From sequence record ON922919: a stretch of DNA of 64,000 nt; one strand, given 5' to 3'. The stretch comes from Escherichia phage vB_EcoM_PD205. Of the stretch, positions 19,177 to 30,300 are shown piece after piece. The translations under genes were made by a program, and so were the position numbers. Every line of letters starts with the position of its first letter. Position 1 is the first letter of the stretch. The notes under the pieces were generated by a model. That model was not told the origin of the DNA and did not search any database. It saw only the letters and a program-made list of their open reading frames with translations.

Positions 19177-21831
19177 ATGGGCTTATTCAGTGGGAAGACC
19201 AAAGTATACGTAGCATCCTCTGTCTATAACATGGCAGGGGATATACACAAACGTCCTAACTATATGAAGACTGTAGTCATTGGTAACATTGTTTCCAATA
19301 CAGGATTCACTATGGCAGACACTATCTCAGATAGTTATATGAATGGACCTGGTATTCGTATGCGACTGTTCTCCAGCTGGAGTAAGAACCACTATGATTC
19401 AGTAGTTGGTATGGCTGGTTCTTCATTAGGTGTACTGGCTAAGATTGACCCTACTGTTATAGAGGGTCAAATTACACCCCCTGCTGGAGAATCTGTTTAT
19501 GTTCAGGCAGCAGAGATTGGTTTTGCTGACTTTGAACAGTGGTGTGACCAGTATCTTTATGAGAATGCTCCAAGTCGAATCATGGAACGATTCGACATAG
19601 ACATTGATGAAGATACCAATGAAATTACTATGACCTCCTTGGATGGAGGTTCTACTATTAAATTCACACCTACTAACTTTGAACCAGGTGCTTTGTATCT
19701 CTATGCTGATTACTCTTTCTATAAATCCCCATCTACCAATCCACCAGTAGTAGGACCAACTACTGTCTATGATAATGAGGATGACTTACCATCCACTTTG
19801 TTATGGACTACCGTCTCAAGTGATACGACGGCTAACACAACCAATCTTACCAAGACGATACATACTCATTCTGTTTACTCTGATGGTAGACCGGATGAAG
19901 ATAGTACTGTCACGGAACCAAGTGTGGATAACTGGAACTCTTACGTTAAGGTTTATCGTAGAGGGTTCACAGAGAAACCTAATGATGTAACTGTGGTTGT
20001 ATCTGACAGGGTAATGACTCATAAAAAGTTTGGTGAGGTTCAATCCAGTACTACTGTAACTACCAATGTAGTTGATATAGGTGGGGGTGTTACTCGTACT
20101 GACACAATCACTACAACCACAGAGATACTGGTTCGTAAGTATTCATCCCAGACCACCCGTACTGATACTGAGATGACTGCTGTTGGTACACCCAAGATGC
20201 TTATCTATAAGCAGAACTCTGGTAACGTTGTACTGGATTCACTGTTTGAAACTGAGGCTACTGATAACCGATTCTATCCATTCATCCCAATCAGGAATGA
20301 TAAACAATGGGTAGAGAATGACCCAATCTACCCTCACTGTAAGAAGGCTCTTTATAAAGCTACTGGTGGGAAAATTGATAAGGTAGTGACAGAGCTTAAG
20401 AAGAATGATGACATAGGTGATATTCAGTACATTTATGGCACATTCGGTGTATCTCTTAACACTCCTGAAGATACTGCTAAGGAATACATCTACCGTTTCT
20501 TTCAGATGGCTACTGAAGCATTTCCACCTGACCCAACCTACCCGACTTTGGAAGCAGTTATTGCAGGTTATCAGGCAGCTAATGATGCAGTTGATGCATA
20601 TGTAGAATGGTGGAACAGGCAAGAAGGACAGATTGTTGGAACACCTCCCCCACTGCCGGAATACCCTGTAATACCTAAGCGAGAGTTTAGGGTGCATAGT
20701 AATAAGCAGTACAAGTACGACATGACTATTGGATGGAACTATGTATTTGAAACTACCCACTCAGGGCAAGCATGGTCTGGTGCTAAGCAAGGGCAACTCC
20801 GAGCCAGATATGCAGGAGATATAACCCTTACTCGTAAGAATATAAGGACAGCCTCTAATTCCGGTTCTGCTAAGAAACTTGAGGTAACGTACACATTCTA
20901 TTCAATGCAGGAGTATGAGTTACTTTGGCAGGATGGTAATGACACTTACCGTAAACTCAGAGTACTGGGCCTAAACCACAATAACAGGGTATATAAGAAT
21001 AAGTCAGTACACATTGATGTTGCTGAGGCAATGGGTGATGCAGAGGAGAGTGGATTCATTATCCCACTACACACCAACATCTACCGTTCAATGTCACTGG
21101 TTCGAAGTACCCAATTGTCTACTGCTTGTTCCTACTTAGTGATGAACTCATATAAGAAGGTTAAGCAGAAGTGGTATCAAACATCTGCCTTTAAGATTGT
21201 GGTGGTTGTAGTTGCAGTCGTTGTATCCGTATTCACTATGGGTACTGGTGGTGCAGGTATACTTGGAGCATATGGTGCAGTTGGTGCATCCTTGGGCTTT
21301 GTTGGATTAGCTGCCGTGATAGTTGGTGCTGTAGCAAATGCCATTGCTGGAATGATTCTGGTATCTATTATCACTAAAGTATCTGCCGCACTGTTCGGGG
21401 ACAAGCTGGGCTTTATCATTGCTGCTATTGCTTCAATGGTAGCTATGAATGTTGGTACTGCTATGTCTACAGGTACATCCCTGTCTACTCTAGCTGGTGA
21501 AATGATGAATGCTCAAAACATCATGCAGCTTACCAGTTCGGTTGGTAATGGTATTAGTCAGTATATTAATGCATCCACGGCTGCTACTATTCAGAAAGCA
21601 GAGAGCGTAATGCAGCAGTACAATACTGATATGATGGCAATCAATAAGCAGTATGAAGAGATGTTTGGTACTGCTGGACAGGGTGTAATTGACCCAATGC
21701 AATTCGTGTCAATGGAGTCAATGGATTCATTCCTGTCACGTACTCTTATGACTGGTTCAGATATAGCTGACTTGTCTCTAGATATGATTGGCAACTACTC
21801 TGACATGACCCTTAACACAGACCTTGTTTAA
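19177..21831 (+). CDS. large internal virion protein with glycine-zipper membrane-like segment
   Basis: 884 aa; long hydrophobic Gly/Ala/Val region (VVVVVAVVVSVFTMGTGGAGILGAYGAVGASLGFVGLAAVIVGAV...) near the C-terminus. Confidence 0.45.
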   Translation: MGLFSGKTKVYVASSVYNMAGDIHKRPNYMKTVVIGNIVSNTGFTMADTISDSYMNGPGIRMRLFSSWSKNHYDSVVGMAGSSLGVLAKIDPTVIEGQITPPAGESVYVQAAEIGFADFEQWCDQYLYENAPSRIMERFDIDIDEDTNEITMTSLDGGSTIKFTPTNFEPGALYLYADYSFYKSPSTNPPVVGPTTVYDNEDDLPSTLLWTTVSSDTTANTTNLTKTIHTHSVYSDGRPDEDSTVTEPSVDNWNSYVKVYRRGFTEKPNDVTVVVSDRVMTHKKFGEVQSSTTVTTNVVDIGGGVTRTDTITTTTEILVRKYSSQTTRTDTEMTAVGTPKMLIYKQNSGNVVLDSLFETEATDNRFYPFIPIRNDKQWVENDPIYPHCKKALYKATGGKIDKVVTELKKNDDIGDIQYIYGTFGVSLNTPEDTAKEYIYRFFQMATEAFPPDPTYPTLEAVIAGYQAANDAVDAYVEWWNRQEGQIVGTPPPLPEYPVIPKREFRVHSNKQYKYDMTIGWNYVFETTHSGQAWSGAKQGQLRARYAGDITLTRKNIRTASNSGSAKKLEVTYTFYSMQEYELLWQDGNDTYRKLRVLGLNHNNRVYKNKSVHIDVAEAMGDAEESGFIIPLHTNIYRSMSLVRSTQLSTACSYLVMNSYKKVKQKWYQTSAFKIVVVVVAVVVSVFTMGTGGAGILGAYGAVGASLGFVGLAAVIVGAVANAIAGMILVSIITKVSAALFGDKLGFIIAAIASMVAMNVGTAMSTGTSLSTLAGEMMNAQNIMQLTSSVGNGISQYINASTAATIQKAESVMQQYNTDMMAINKQYEEMFGTAGQGVIDPMQFVSMESMDSFLSRTLMTGSDIADLSLDMIGNYSDMTLNTDLV

Positions 21832-22288
21832 CAGGAGAATCCCTATGGATTTGTCATTCTTAACAGGCAACCAAACCCCACAGCCAGCTGCTATGTCTTG
21901 GATGTCTAATAACAATCAGAACTTTAATACCCCGGCTATGAACTATAATCCTGGTGCAGCTATTGGTATGGGTACTAATTTGGGAGCATCTACCCCTACT
22001 TCTTTCATGTCTGGTTCAGCTAATCAGTTGGGCATGAATGTACCCACCTTCCAGTTAGGACTAGGTGCACTTGGTTCATTAGCTAATATCTATAGTGGTT
22101 TCCAGGCTAATAAGTTAGCTAAAGACCAGTTGAACTTTGCTAAGAGTGTTACTAACACTAACCTGAATAACCAGATTAAGTCTTATAACACTGCACTAGA
22201 AGACCGTGCTCGCAGTCGTGCTGTTGCAGAAAACCGTGACCAGTCTTCAGCTGATGCTTACATTGCAGCTAATAAATTAACCCGTTAA
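21824..22288 (+). CDS. hypothetical virion protein
   Basis: 154-aa ORF, Asn/Gln/Ala-rich. Confidence 0.35.
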   Translation: MFNRRIPMDLSFLTGNQTPQPAAMSWMSNNNQNFNTPAMNYNPGAAIGMGTNLGASTPTSFMSGSANQLGMNVPTFQLGLGALGSLANIYSGFQANKLAKDQLNFAKSVTNTNLNNQIKSYNTALEDRARSRAVAENRDQSSADAYIAANKLTR

Positions 22289-22300
22289 TAGGAAACCATC

Positions 22301-24256
22301 ATGAGTCAGATAACATGGCGAAATGTTGATGCACCTAACTTCTCTGGAGTTGGTGACAGCATTCGCACATTTGGAAGCATGATTGGTAACGCCACCTCCG
22401 GCTTAAGTGACGCACTGGGTAACTTCCAGAACGCTGCCAAGCAGGAGGCTGGCAATGCCGTCATGATGAATGCTATGCAATATCAAGACCCTACTGAGTA
22501 TCGTAATGCTCTGGCATCCGGTGCATTGTTCCAGGGGGTTGACCCTTCACTCGTAAACCAACATACCCTGCAGAATCTGGATGAGCGAGCAGGTACTCTG
22601 TTGACCCAACAAGGTCAGCAGGGAATTAATGACTACAATGCTTATCGTTTTGGTCGTTTACAGAATACTGACTCTGCATTAGATAATGCTTCCCCAGCTA
22701 TTCGTTTACTGTCTGAGGCTTATCAGTCTGGTGACCAGAACCGTATTAATGCTGCATTGAGTCAGACTCGTGAGGCACTGTCTGCACTCCCTGCTGACCA
22801 ACAACTGGATATGCTGAGTCGTCTACAAGGTCAGGGTGGTCAGGCTATTAACCAAGCCCAAAACCGTTTTGACTTGGGTGTTGCTCAACGTAATGATGCT
22901 GATAGTCAGGCAGCTATGGGTGTAATGTCACAGATTACCCGTGGTGCTGAGAACCCCAACGATGCCCGTCTGTTGGCAGAAGCATATAGTAAGAATCTGT
23001 CTCCGGTTGCACAGGCACGTTTACAGGAAATGCTTGCACGAGCATACCCGGGTGTTTACGGTAACAATGTTGGTGCTACGTCTGCTCCAGGTACTGCCGG
23101 TACTCGTCAGGGTTCCCCTTATGATGTTACTTATCAGTTTGCTGGTACATCTACCCCTATTACTCAAATGAGTATTGGTGATGTAATTAAACACCAGGAT
23201 AGTATGAAGACGAACCAGGGTGCTTCACCTGTTGGTGCATTCCAGATTAACCAAGCTACTCTGAAAGACTTCGCTCCTAAAGTTCTTGGTTCAGATTGGC
23301 AAAGCCAGCCTCTTTCTCCCGAGAACCAGGATAAGATTGGTAAGGCTATCTTCGAGGCTCGCAAGAATGGTAACCTTAAAGATACCTGGGCTGCTTTACC
23401 TAACTCTACCCCAGGTGCTTATAAGGATATGACTTGGGAACAGATTAAGCCTGTTATTGCTCAAGCTGAGGTAGGGGCTGACCCACTAGCTATGGTTCAG
23501 AATAATCAAGGTAATCAGGCAGTATCTACTCTGGCTACCGGTATGATTGGTACTCGTTCTATGGAGGACAATGCTGGAAGTATTGCTCCTGATTATTTAC
23601 CTGCCTTAAATGACACCTCTACTGTTGGGGAAGTTGCTAATAGATTACTGGAGGGTGATTTTAAGGGGGCAGATAAAAAATGGGTTGTGGCTCGTATTAG
23701 TAATATCGCTCAACGTGCTAATGTATCCCCTGCTATGGCAGGTGTTGTTGTTCAACGTGCAATGACTAATGCACCAGAAAGTAATACAGGTCGTCTTATT
23801 GATTATCTAACCATAGGAAAAACCCCAGAAGCCGGTAATGGCTTGCGCCTTAATGATGCTGCTGTAGACCAAATGGTTGAGGGGTTAAAACGTGGTGAAC
23901 CCCTTGAAGCAAGTGTTCGTAACCTTGGACGTGCTCAGGCTATGCAGAACATTCAGGCAGCACAGACTGCATATGATGCTGCTGTAGCTGCACTGACAAA
24001 TACCCAGAATAAGATTGCTACTGGGCAGACAGCACTCACTGCGTTACTTCCGTCACGACAGGAACAAGTGCGTAGAGCTGCTGAAATGCTTAAAAATGCA
24101 CAAGGCCAAGTTCAGGCTGACCCACAAAACCTGGCTCCACGTAACTTTCGATCACAGGCTTCCGTAGATCGAGAGGCTGAGAAAGAAAACCAGGAGCGTG
24201 CTATACGGTATCTACGCCAAGCCCAGGGCATACCTGGGTATGTGAAAATGCCTTAA
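22301..24256 (+). CDS. large virion protein, possibly with peptidoglycan-hydrolase-like domain
   Basis: 651 aa; Gln/Ala-rich N-terminal half; central segment GAFQINQATLKDFAPKVLG; located just upstream of vRNAP. Confidence 0.35.
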   Translation: MSQITWRNVDAPNFSGVGDSIRTFGSMIGNATSGLSDALGNFQNAAKQEAGNAVMMNAMQYQDPTEYRNALASGALFQGVDPSLVNQHTLQNLDERAGTLLTQQGQQGINDYNAYRFGRLQNTDSALDNASPAIRLLSEAYQSGDQNRINAALSQTREALSALPADQQLDMLSRLQGQGGQAINQAQNRFDLGVAQRNDADSQAAMGVMSQITRGAENPNDARLLAEAYSKNLSPVAQARLQEMLARAYPGVYGNNVGATSAPGTAGTRQGSPYDVTYQFAGTSTPITQMSIGDVIKHQDSMKTNQGASPVGAFQINQATLKDFAPKVLGSDWQSQPLSPENQDKIGKAIFEARKNGNLKDTWAALPNSTPGAYKDMTWEQIKPVIAQAEVGADPLAMVQNNQGNQAVSTLATGMIGTRSMEDNAGSIAPDYLPALNDTSTVGEVANRLLEGDFKGADKKWVVARISNIAQRANVSPAMAGVVVQRAMTNAPESNTGRLIDYLTIGKTPEAGNGLRLNDAAVDQMVEGLKRGEPLEASVRNLGRAQAMQNIQAAQTAYDAAVAALTNTQNKIATGQTALTALLPSRQEQVRRAAEMLKNAQGQVQADPQNLAPRNFRSQASVDREAEKENQERAIRYLRQAQGIPGYVKMP

Positions 24257-24273
24257 AATACTTCATACTAATA

Positions 24274-24298
24274 AAAGCCCTACGGGGCTTTTTTCTTT
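24274..24298 (+). terminator. intrinsic terminator
   Basis: AAGCCC-TACG-GGGCTT hairpin followed by TTTTCTTT. Confidence 0.7.
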
Positions 24299-24341
24299 AA
24301 CTGGCTTACTGTAGAGTAAGTTACCTATATACGATATAAGT

Positions 24342-27300
24342 TTGAATAGGAAACATGCTATGTCAACATTTGACCGTCTGGCAGGTTTCGCAGACAGCAT
24401 CACTAATGCTAAGCAAGTCGATGTCTCTACTGCAACCTCCCGGAAGCAAGCTGCACAGGGGCAAAGCCCTTTCCAATTAACCCCAGATAATGCTTACAAT
24501 CTCCAGACTGGACGAGTAGGTAATCTTGGAATCGGTGCATACGAACCAGGTTCACTTCAGGCAGATTTCACTCAAGCCTCCCCCTTAGAAATCATTAATA
24601 AGTATGGTAATGAGCAAGGTCTACAGATTCTTAATAGTCGAGCTAATGCTGCTGATGCTGTACGTCAGGACTTATCTAAACAACGTACTAACGCAGAAGC
24701 ATTTGGCGATATTCTTTCTGGTGTTGGTCTTGGTGTTGCTAATACCCTTGGGGGCATTGCTGCTCTTGGCACAGGCTTGGTCAATGATAATGCCGGGGCA
24801 TCCATTGCTTCCGGGCTTGACTGGTTGAATAAAGGTGTACACAACCTACAGTCTGATGCATTGAATGCTCGTCGTAATGTAGTACAGAACCAGAACGTAA
24901 TATCTGCACAGGAGAATGATAAACTCTATAAGCAGGATATTGCTAAAGGAGAAAGTGAACTCGTTGCTTCCCTGTCTCGAATTGGTCGTGATGCTTATGA
25001 TTCTGTCACTAATACACTTGATAATGGCATGGCTGCTACAGATGGCCTGGCTGAGGGCGTTGGTTCTCTGTTTACTGGTGGTCCACTAATTCGTGGTGTA
25101 TCTGCACTCGGTAAGGTAATGGTAGGTGGTGATAAAGCTGTTAAGGGCATTACCTTAGCTGCTGAGTTAGGTTCACGTCCTGCACGGATTGCACAGTCTG
25201 CTGGGCGTATTGCTGCGCCTGCTATAGCAATTGGTGGTATGGAAGCTGGTGGTGCATACCAACAAACTGCCAATGAAATTATGGAAATGCCATTCAGTGA
25301 ACTGGCTGCTAAATCTCCTGTATACCAACAGCATATTAAAGACGGTCTGTCTCCTGAAGAAGCACGACGTCAGACTGCATCTGAAACAGGTATCACTGCT
25401 GCTGGCTTAACTGCTCCAGTTGCTGCTCTTACTGCTCCACTGGTATCCAAGTTTGAACTTAACCCACTCAAGGTAGGTTCACTGGCTGGTGCTGGTTCTA
25501 ACATGCTGCGTGAGACTGTAGAAGAAGGTATCCAGTCTGGTACTAGCCAGCTTGCACAGAACAAGGCAATTCAGGGTAATGTAGATGCTAAGCGTGATTT
25601 GCTTAAAGGCGTGGGTGAACAAACCGGTCTTGGTGCATTGTATGGCTTCGGTTCTGCTGGAGTTGCTCAAGCTCCTGGTACAACTGTTAAGGCTGCTGGT
25701 GCTGCCGTTGGTCCTGCTGTACGTACTACCCTGGCTGGTGCTTCTCTGGCTGGTAAGGCACTAGCAAAAGTAGCTTCCCCTATTACTACCATCCTGGTTC
25801 AACGTGGTGAAGAAGTTGCTAAGCGTAATGAACAAGCATCCCCTGTATCAGACGCTACAGTTAACGCTGCTGCACAGGAAGCCACTGCTCAGGCAGAACA
25901 AGCACAAGCAACTGTTCAGGAAGCAGTAGATGCAATGGATATTTCTCCTGAAGAGAAAACTGCTGCTACTCAGTATGCTGCTGATTTAACTCAGGCAATG
26001 AAGTTTGACCCTGTAGAACTGGAGCAAGCTAGTCCGACAATCCGTGAAGCTGTTTCTGGTTCTACTAACCGTGTTGAAGCTATTCAGAAGATGGCTGACC
26101 TGGTTAATACTGCTGAAGACCCTAACGTTCAAATGGAAGCTGCAATCCAGATGTATGACAACATCATGTCTATGGATAGCTTCATTAACCGTGACCCAGG
26201 TGCATTAGCTAATCTAGAACAAGGTTCTCCTGCTGCTGCAATCGTAGACCAGTTCTCCGGACTGATGGCTAACGTTCAGAATACACCGAAGGTACTCCGT
26301 GCATTCCGTGCTATCCATTCCATGATTCAGGAACAGGCAGAAGCAGGTAAACTGAAAGCCACTGAAGAAGCTAATCAAGCCCAGGCAAACAACATTGCTA
26401 TGGCTGCTGATATGTCTCCAGAAGTACTGGATGCAGATTCAGTTAACATGGTTCTGAAACACGCAAGTGAAGGTAAGATTACACTTGGGAATCGTCAGCG
26501 TGCTGCCCTGCAATCTGCTGCTGCTTTATTGCAAGGAGCACGAGAATTTGACGCTAAAGCAGAAGAACTAGGCTTACGTCCTCAAGACATTGTTAGTAAA
26601 CAGATTAAAACCGACGAATCTCGTTCTAATGAAGGTCAGTACTCTGCGTTGCAACACGCTAAACGCATTCGTTCTGCGTACAACTCTGGTAACTTCGATT
26701 TGGCTTCCGCTTATCTCGACGACTTTATGAAGTTCGCCCAGCACATGCAGAATAAGGTCGGAGCGTTGAATGAGCATCTGATTTCTGGGAATGCGGATAA
26801 GAATAAGTCTGTCCATTATCAGGCTCTTACTCCCTCGCGTGAATGGGTACGTAGTCGTACTGGCCTCGGTGTCAATCCGTATGATACCAAGTCTGTTAAG
26901 TTTGCCCAGCAAGTAGGACTGGAAGCCAAGACCGTAGCTGATATTGCTAACGCACTTGCTACGGCTTACCCGGAGCTTAATGTTTCTCATGTGAAGGTTA
27001 CCCCATTGGATTCACGTCTGGACAAGCCTGCTGCCCAGGTAGTTAAAGAGTTCCGTCAGGGCAATCTTGATGCTGCTCAATCCCAACAGACCAATGAACC
27101 AGTGAATCAGGTTGATGAAACTCCTGTTACGAAACAGGAACCAGTTACCCCTACTGTACAGACTAAACCCTCTGTTAGTGAAGCTGTTAAAACAGAACCT
27201 ACTAATAAAGAGTCTAATCCACAGACTGCAAAAGAACCTGAGAACCAGTCTGAAAAACAGGATACCATCAAGCAGTCTACTGAATCTGAAAGGGATGCTT

Positions 27301-30300
27301 ATGTAAAAGAGAATACTATTTCCCAGGATACTCTTAATAAGTACGGTGACCGTAGGGAGAGTCCGTGGCTCTTTGCAGATGGTACTGTTGTTGGTTCTAA
27401 TGGTGACCATATCAGCCTGTCTGATGTATTTGGTCATGATGGTTATCGTGATATGTCATTAGATACTGGTGCTATTCGCTCCACTTTCTACAAAGGAAGT
27501 GAGCAACCATTTGTATCATTACAACTGTTTGATAATCAAAAGCTGACTCCTGAACAATTTAATACTGTTCAATCATTCGTAGAAGCAAACAATGCACTGA
27601 TTCAGGTTGGTGTAGATACGTCTGGGCGTAATACCAATAACGTTAAGAAGGAAGAAGTATCACTGGCTCAACTGAAAGCAGACTATACCGTTGGTGGTAA
27701 ACCTCTATCGGAAATGGAAACAGTGTTCCCTGTCTATAACAATGACAAGACACCGAACCAGTTCCTGAAAGCATTTACCCTTCCGGAAGAACCTAAGTCT
27801 CGTACCATTGGTTCTGAATCTCCTTTGACCGATGTTAAGAAAGCACTATCCTCTGTTGCTCGCTTTGAGGCATTCACTCAAAAAGAAAATAACGCTCTCA
27901 CAAGTGATGTGATTAAGCGTTACCAGGACTTGTTTGATTTTGGTGAAACTCTGAAGACTACCTTGTCTGACCGTCTTGCTAAGTTCCTTGCTAATAAGAA
28001 TGTTGGTAAACGCTTTGCAGAAGGTACTGAGGCTAATCGTTGGGTAGGTGGCAAACTGCTTAACATCGTAGAGAAAGATGGAGACACCTTTAAGTTCAAT
28101 GACCAGTTGTTAGAGACTGCTGTACTTGCTGGTCTGCAATGGCGACTGACTGCTACACAGAATGCTGCCATTAAAGACATGAAAGACGTAGCTGCTATTA
28201 CTGGTGTAGAAGCATCCCTGTTACCTGAAGGTATTCTGGCTGACTTCGAGAATGCTCAGACTCTGGTGGAAGCCACTAACTCTCTGGCTCAAAAGATTGA
28301 ATCTTATTGGGGTTTGAATCGTAATCCTAATGCACCCCTGGGTTATACCAAGGGTATCCCAATGGCAATGGCTACAGAGATTCTGTCTTCTCTCATTGAG
28401 ATGGGTGAAGTTAAAGAGTCTATGCTGGATGTGTCTGAGATTGACCCAGAATCCAATAAGACTGTTGGTCTGTATACCATTGAGAAGCTGGATGATAACG
28501 ATGCCATTAACAAATTCCCTACTGCTATTGAGGAAGCTGTCCTCGTAGAACCAGTAGAGAAACTGTACCTGGGTGATGATATTCCTTCCGTGGCTCAAAC
28601 TCAGTTACGTAACCCGGCTGTCAAGAATACCCCGGAACAGAAAGCTGCTCTTAAAGCAGAACAGGCTACTGAGTTCCGTGTACATATGCCGATGGTTAAC
28701 TTCTACGAAGCATTGGGTCGTGACAACATTCTGGAACTAATGGGTGCTGGTGCTCTTACCCCAGAATTGCTGAATGTGAATACTGCTAAATCTCTGGAAG
28801 GTAAAAACCTATCCGTGTCTATGGCATATGATTCCTTGTTTGGTGTAATCAATCAGATTAAGGAACAAGAGAATGGACTGGATACACCTATCCACTATGG
28901 CTACAACATGACCCGTGTAGGTCGTATGCAGATGCTTGGTAAGAACAACCCACAATCCAGCAAGCTGGTACGTGAAGCAATCCTACCAACTTTCTCTACC
29001 ATCGACTTGAGTAATGAAAACAGCCAAACGTTCTCTGACTTCCAGCTTGGACTGGCTCAGGCATTGGGTATCAAAGTTCATAAAATGTCCCGTGAAGTTA
29101 TGTCGGATGAGCTGACTAAAGCTCTGGAAGGTAAATTGAAACCTGCCGTTGATATGATGGTTGAGTTTGATAAGTCTGGGCACTTACCTACTGATGCTGT
29201 GGATATTCTGAAGACCTCTTTGGGTAATGATAAATCATTTGTAGCTCTCATGGCTCTGATGGAGTATGCCCGTTACTTGAACAGTGATGACCGAGCCAAC
29301 TTTAATACTCCACTGTACGTTGAAGCTGATGGTGTAACCAACGGGCCAATCAACGCAATGGTATTAATGACTGGTGGTAAGTTCACTTCAGACTGGATTA
29401 AGAATACTGCTAAGGGTGGTTTGTTCTTCGGTAAAGCAGGTAAGACCATGAACGAGCATCATTCGCATGAGGACAGTGTTGACCTGTATGAAGCATCCAC
29501 TAATAGTCTACAACAGGCACTGAATGAATTACGTAGTACTTATCGTAACAACGTTCCTGTTACGAACCAGATGAAGCATCTTCAGAAGTTAATGGACCTG
29601 TTCATTAAAGACTTCAATCTTAATGAAGATGGTACTCTGGACCTGAAACGTGGTATCGCTAAAAACCCACTGACTATTACCATCTATGGCTCAGGTGCTC
29701 GTGGTATTGCAGGCAAGATGGTTAGTGCAATTACTGACACCATCTACGAACGCTTCAGTGACGTTCTACAAGCCCGTGCTGCTGACCCTAGCATTTCCCC
29801 AGCTATGGCTATGTTTGGTAAGGAGGCTGCGTCTGAGGCCGATGCTCAGGCTATGCTGGATACTTTCCTTACTTCTATGGAAGCACTGACTGGTAATGTT
29901 CCAGTTATGCGTAAAGGTGAACTGTCTATTCAACAAGCAGAGGGTGCTCTGTCTGGTAAGTTAGACCCCCAGAAGTTTACCGTATCTGGCAATGCTCTGA
30001 AGAACCTGCAAGAGAATATGCTTCACCTGTTCGTTGAACCAATGCGTACTGGTATCCGAAATACCGTTGGCGAAGGTCTGATGCACTCTACTGAGAACTT
30101 GCAGAAGGCTACTCAGATTCAATCTCTGGTATTGCAGGATATGTTCCAACAAGCAGTACAGGCTAAGCTGACAGAAAAAGAAAAAGACCCAACATGGAAG
30201 AAAGGTGATTTCTTAACACAGAAAGAACTAAATGAAATCCAGGCTTCATTATCTCCACTGGCTCCAATGATTGAGACTGGTTCTCAGACTTTCTACATTG

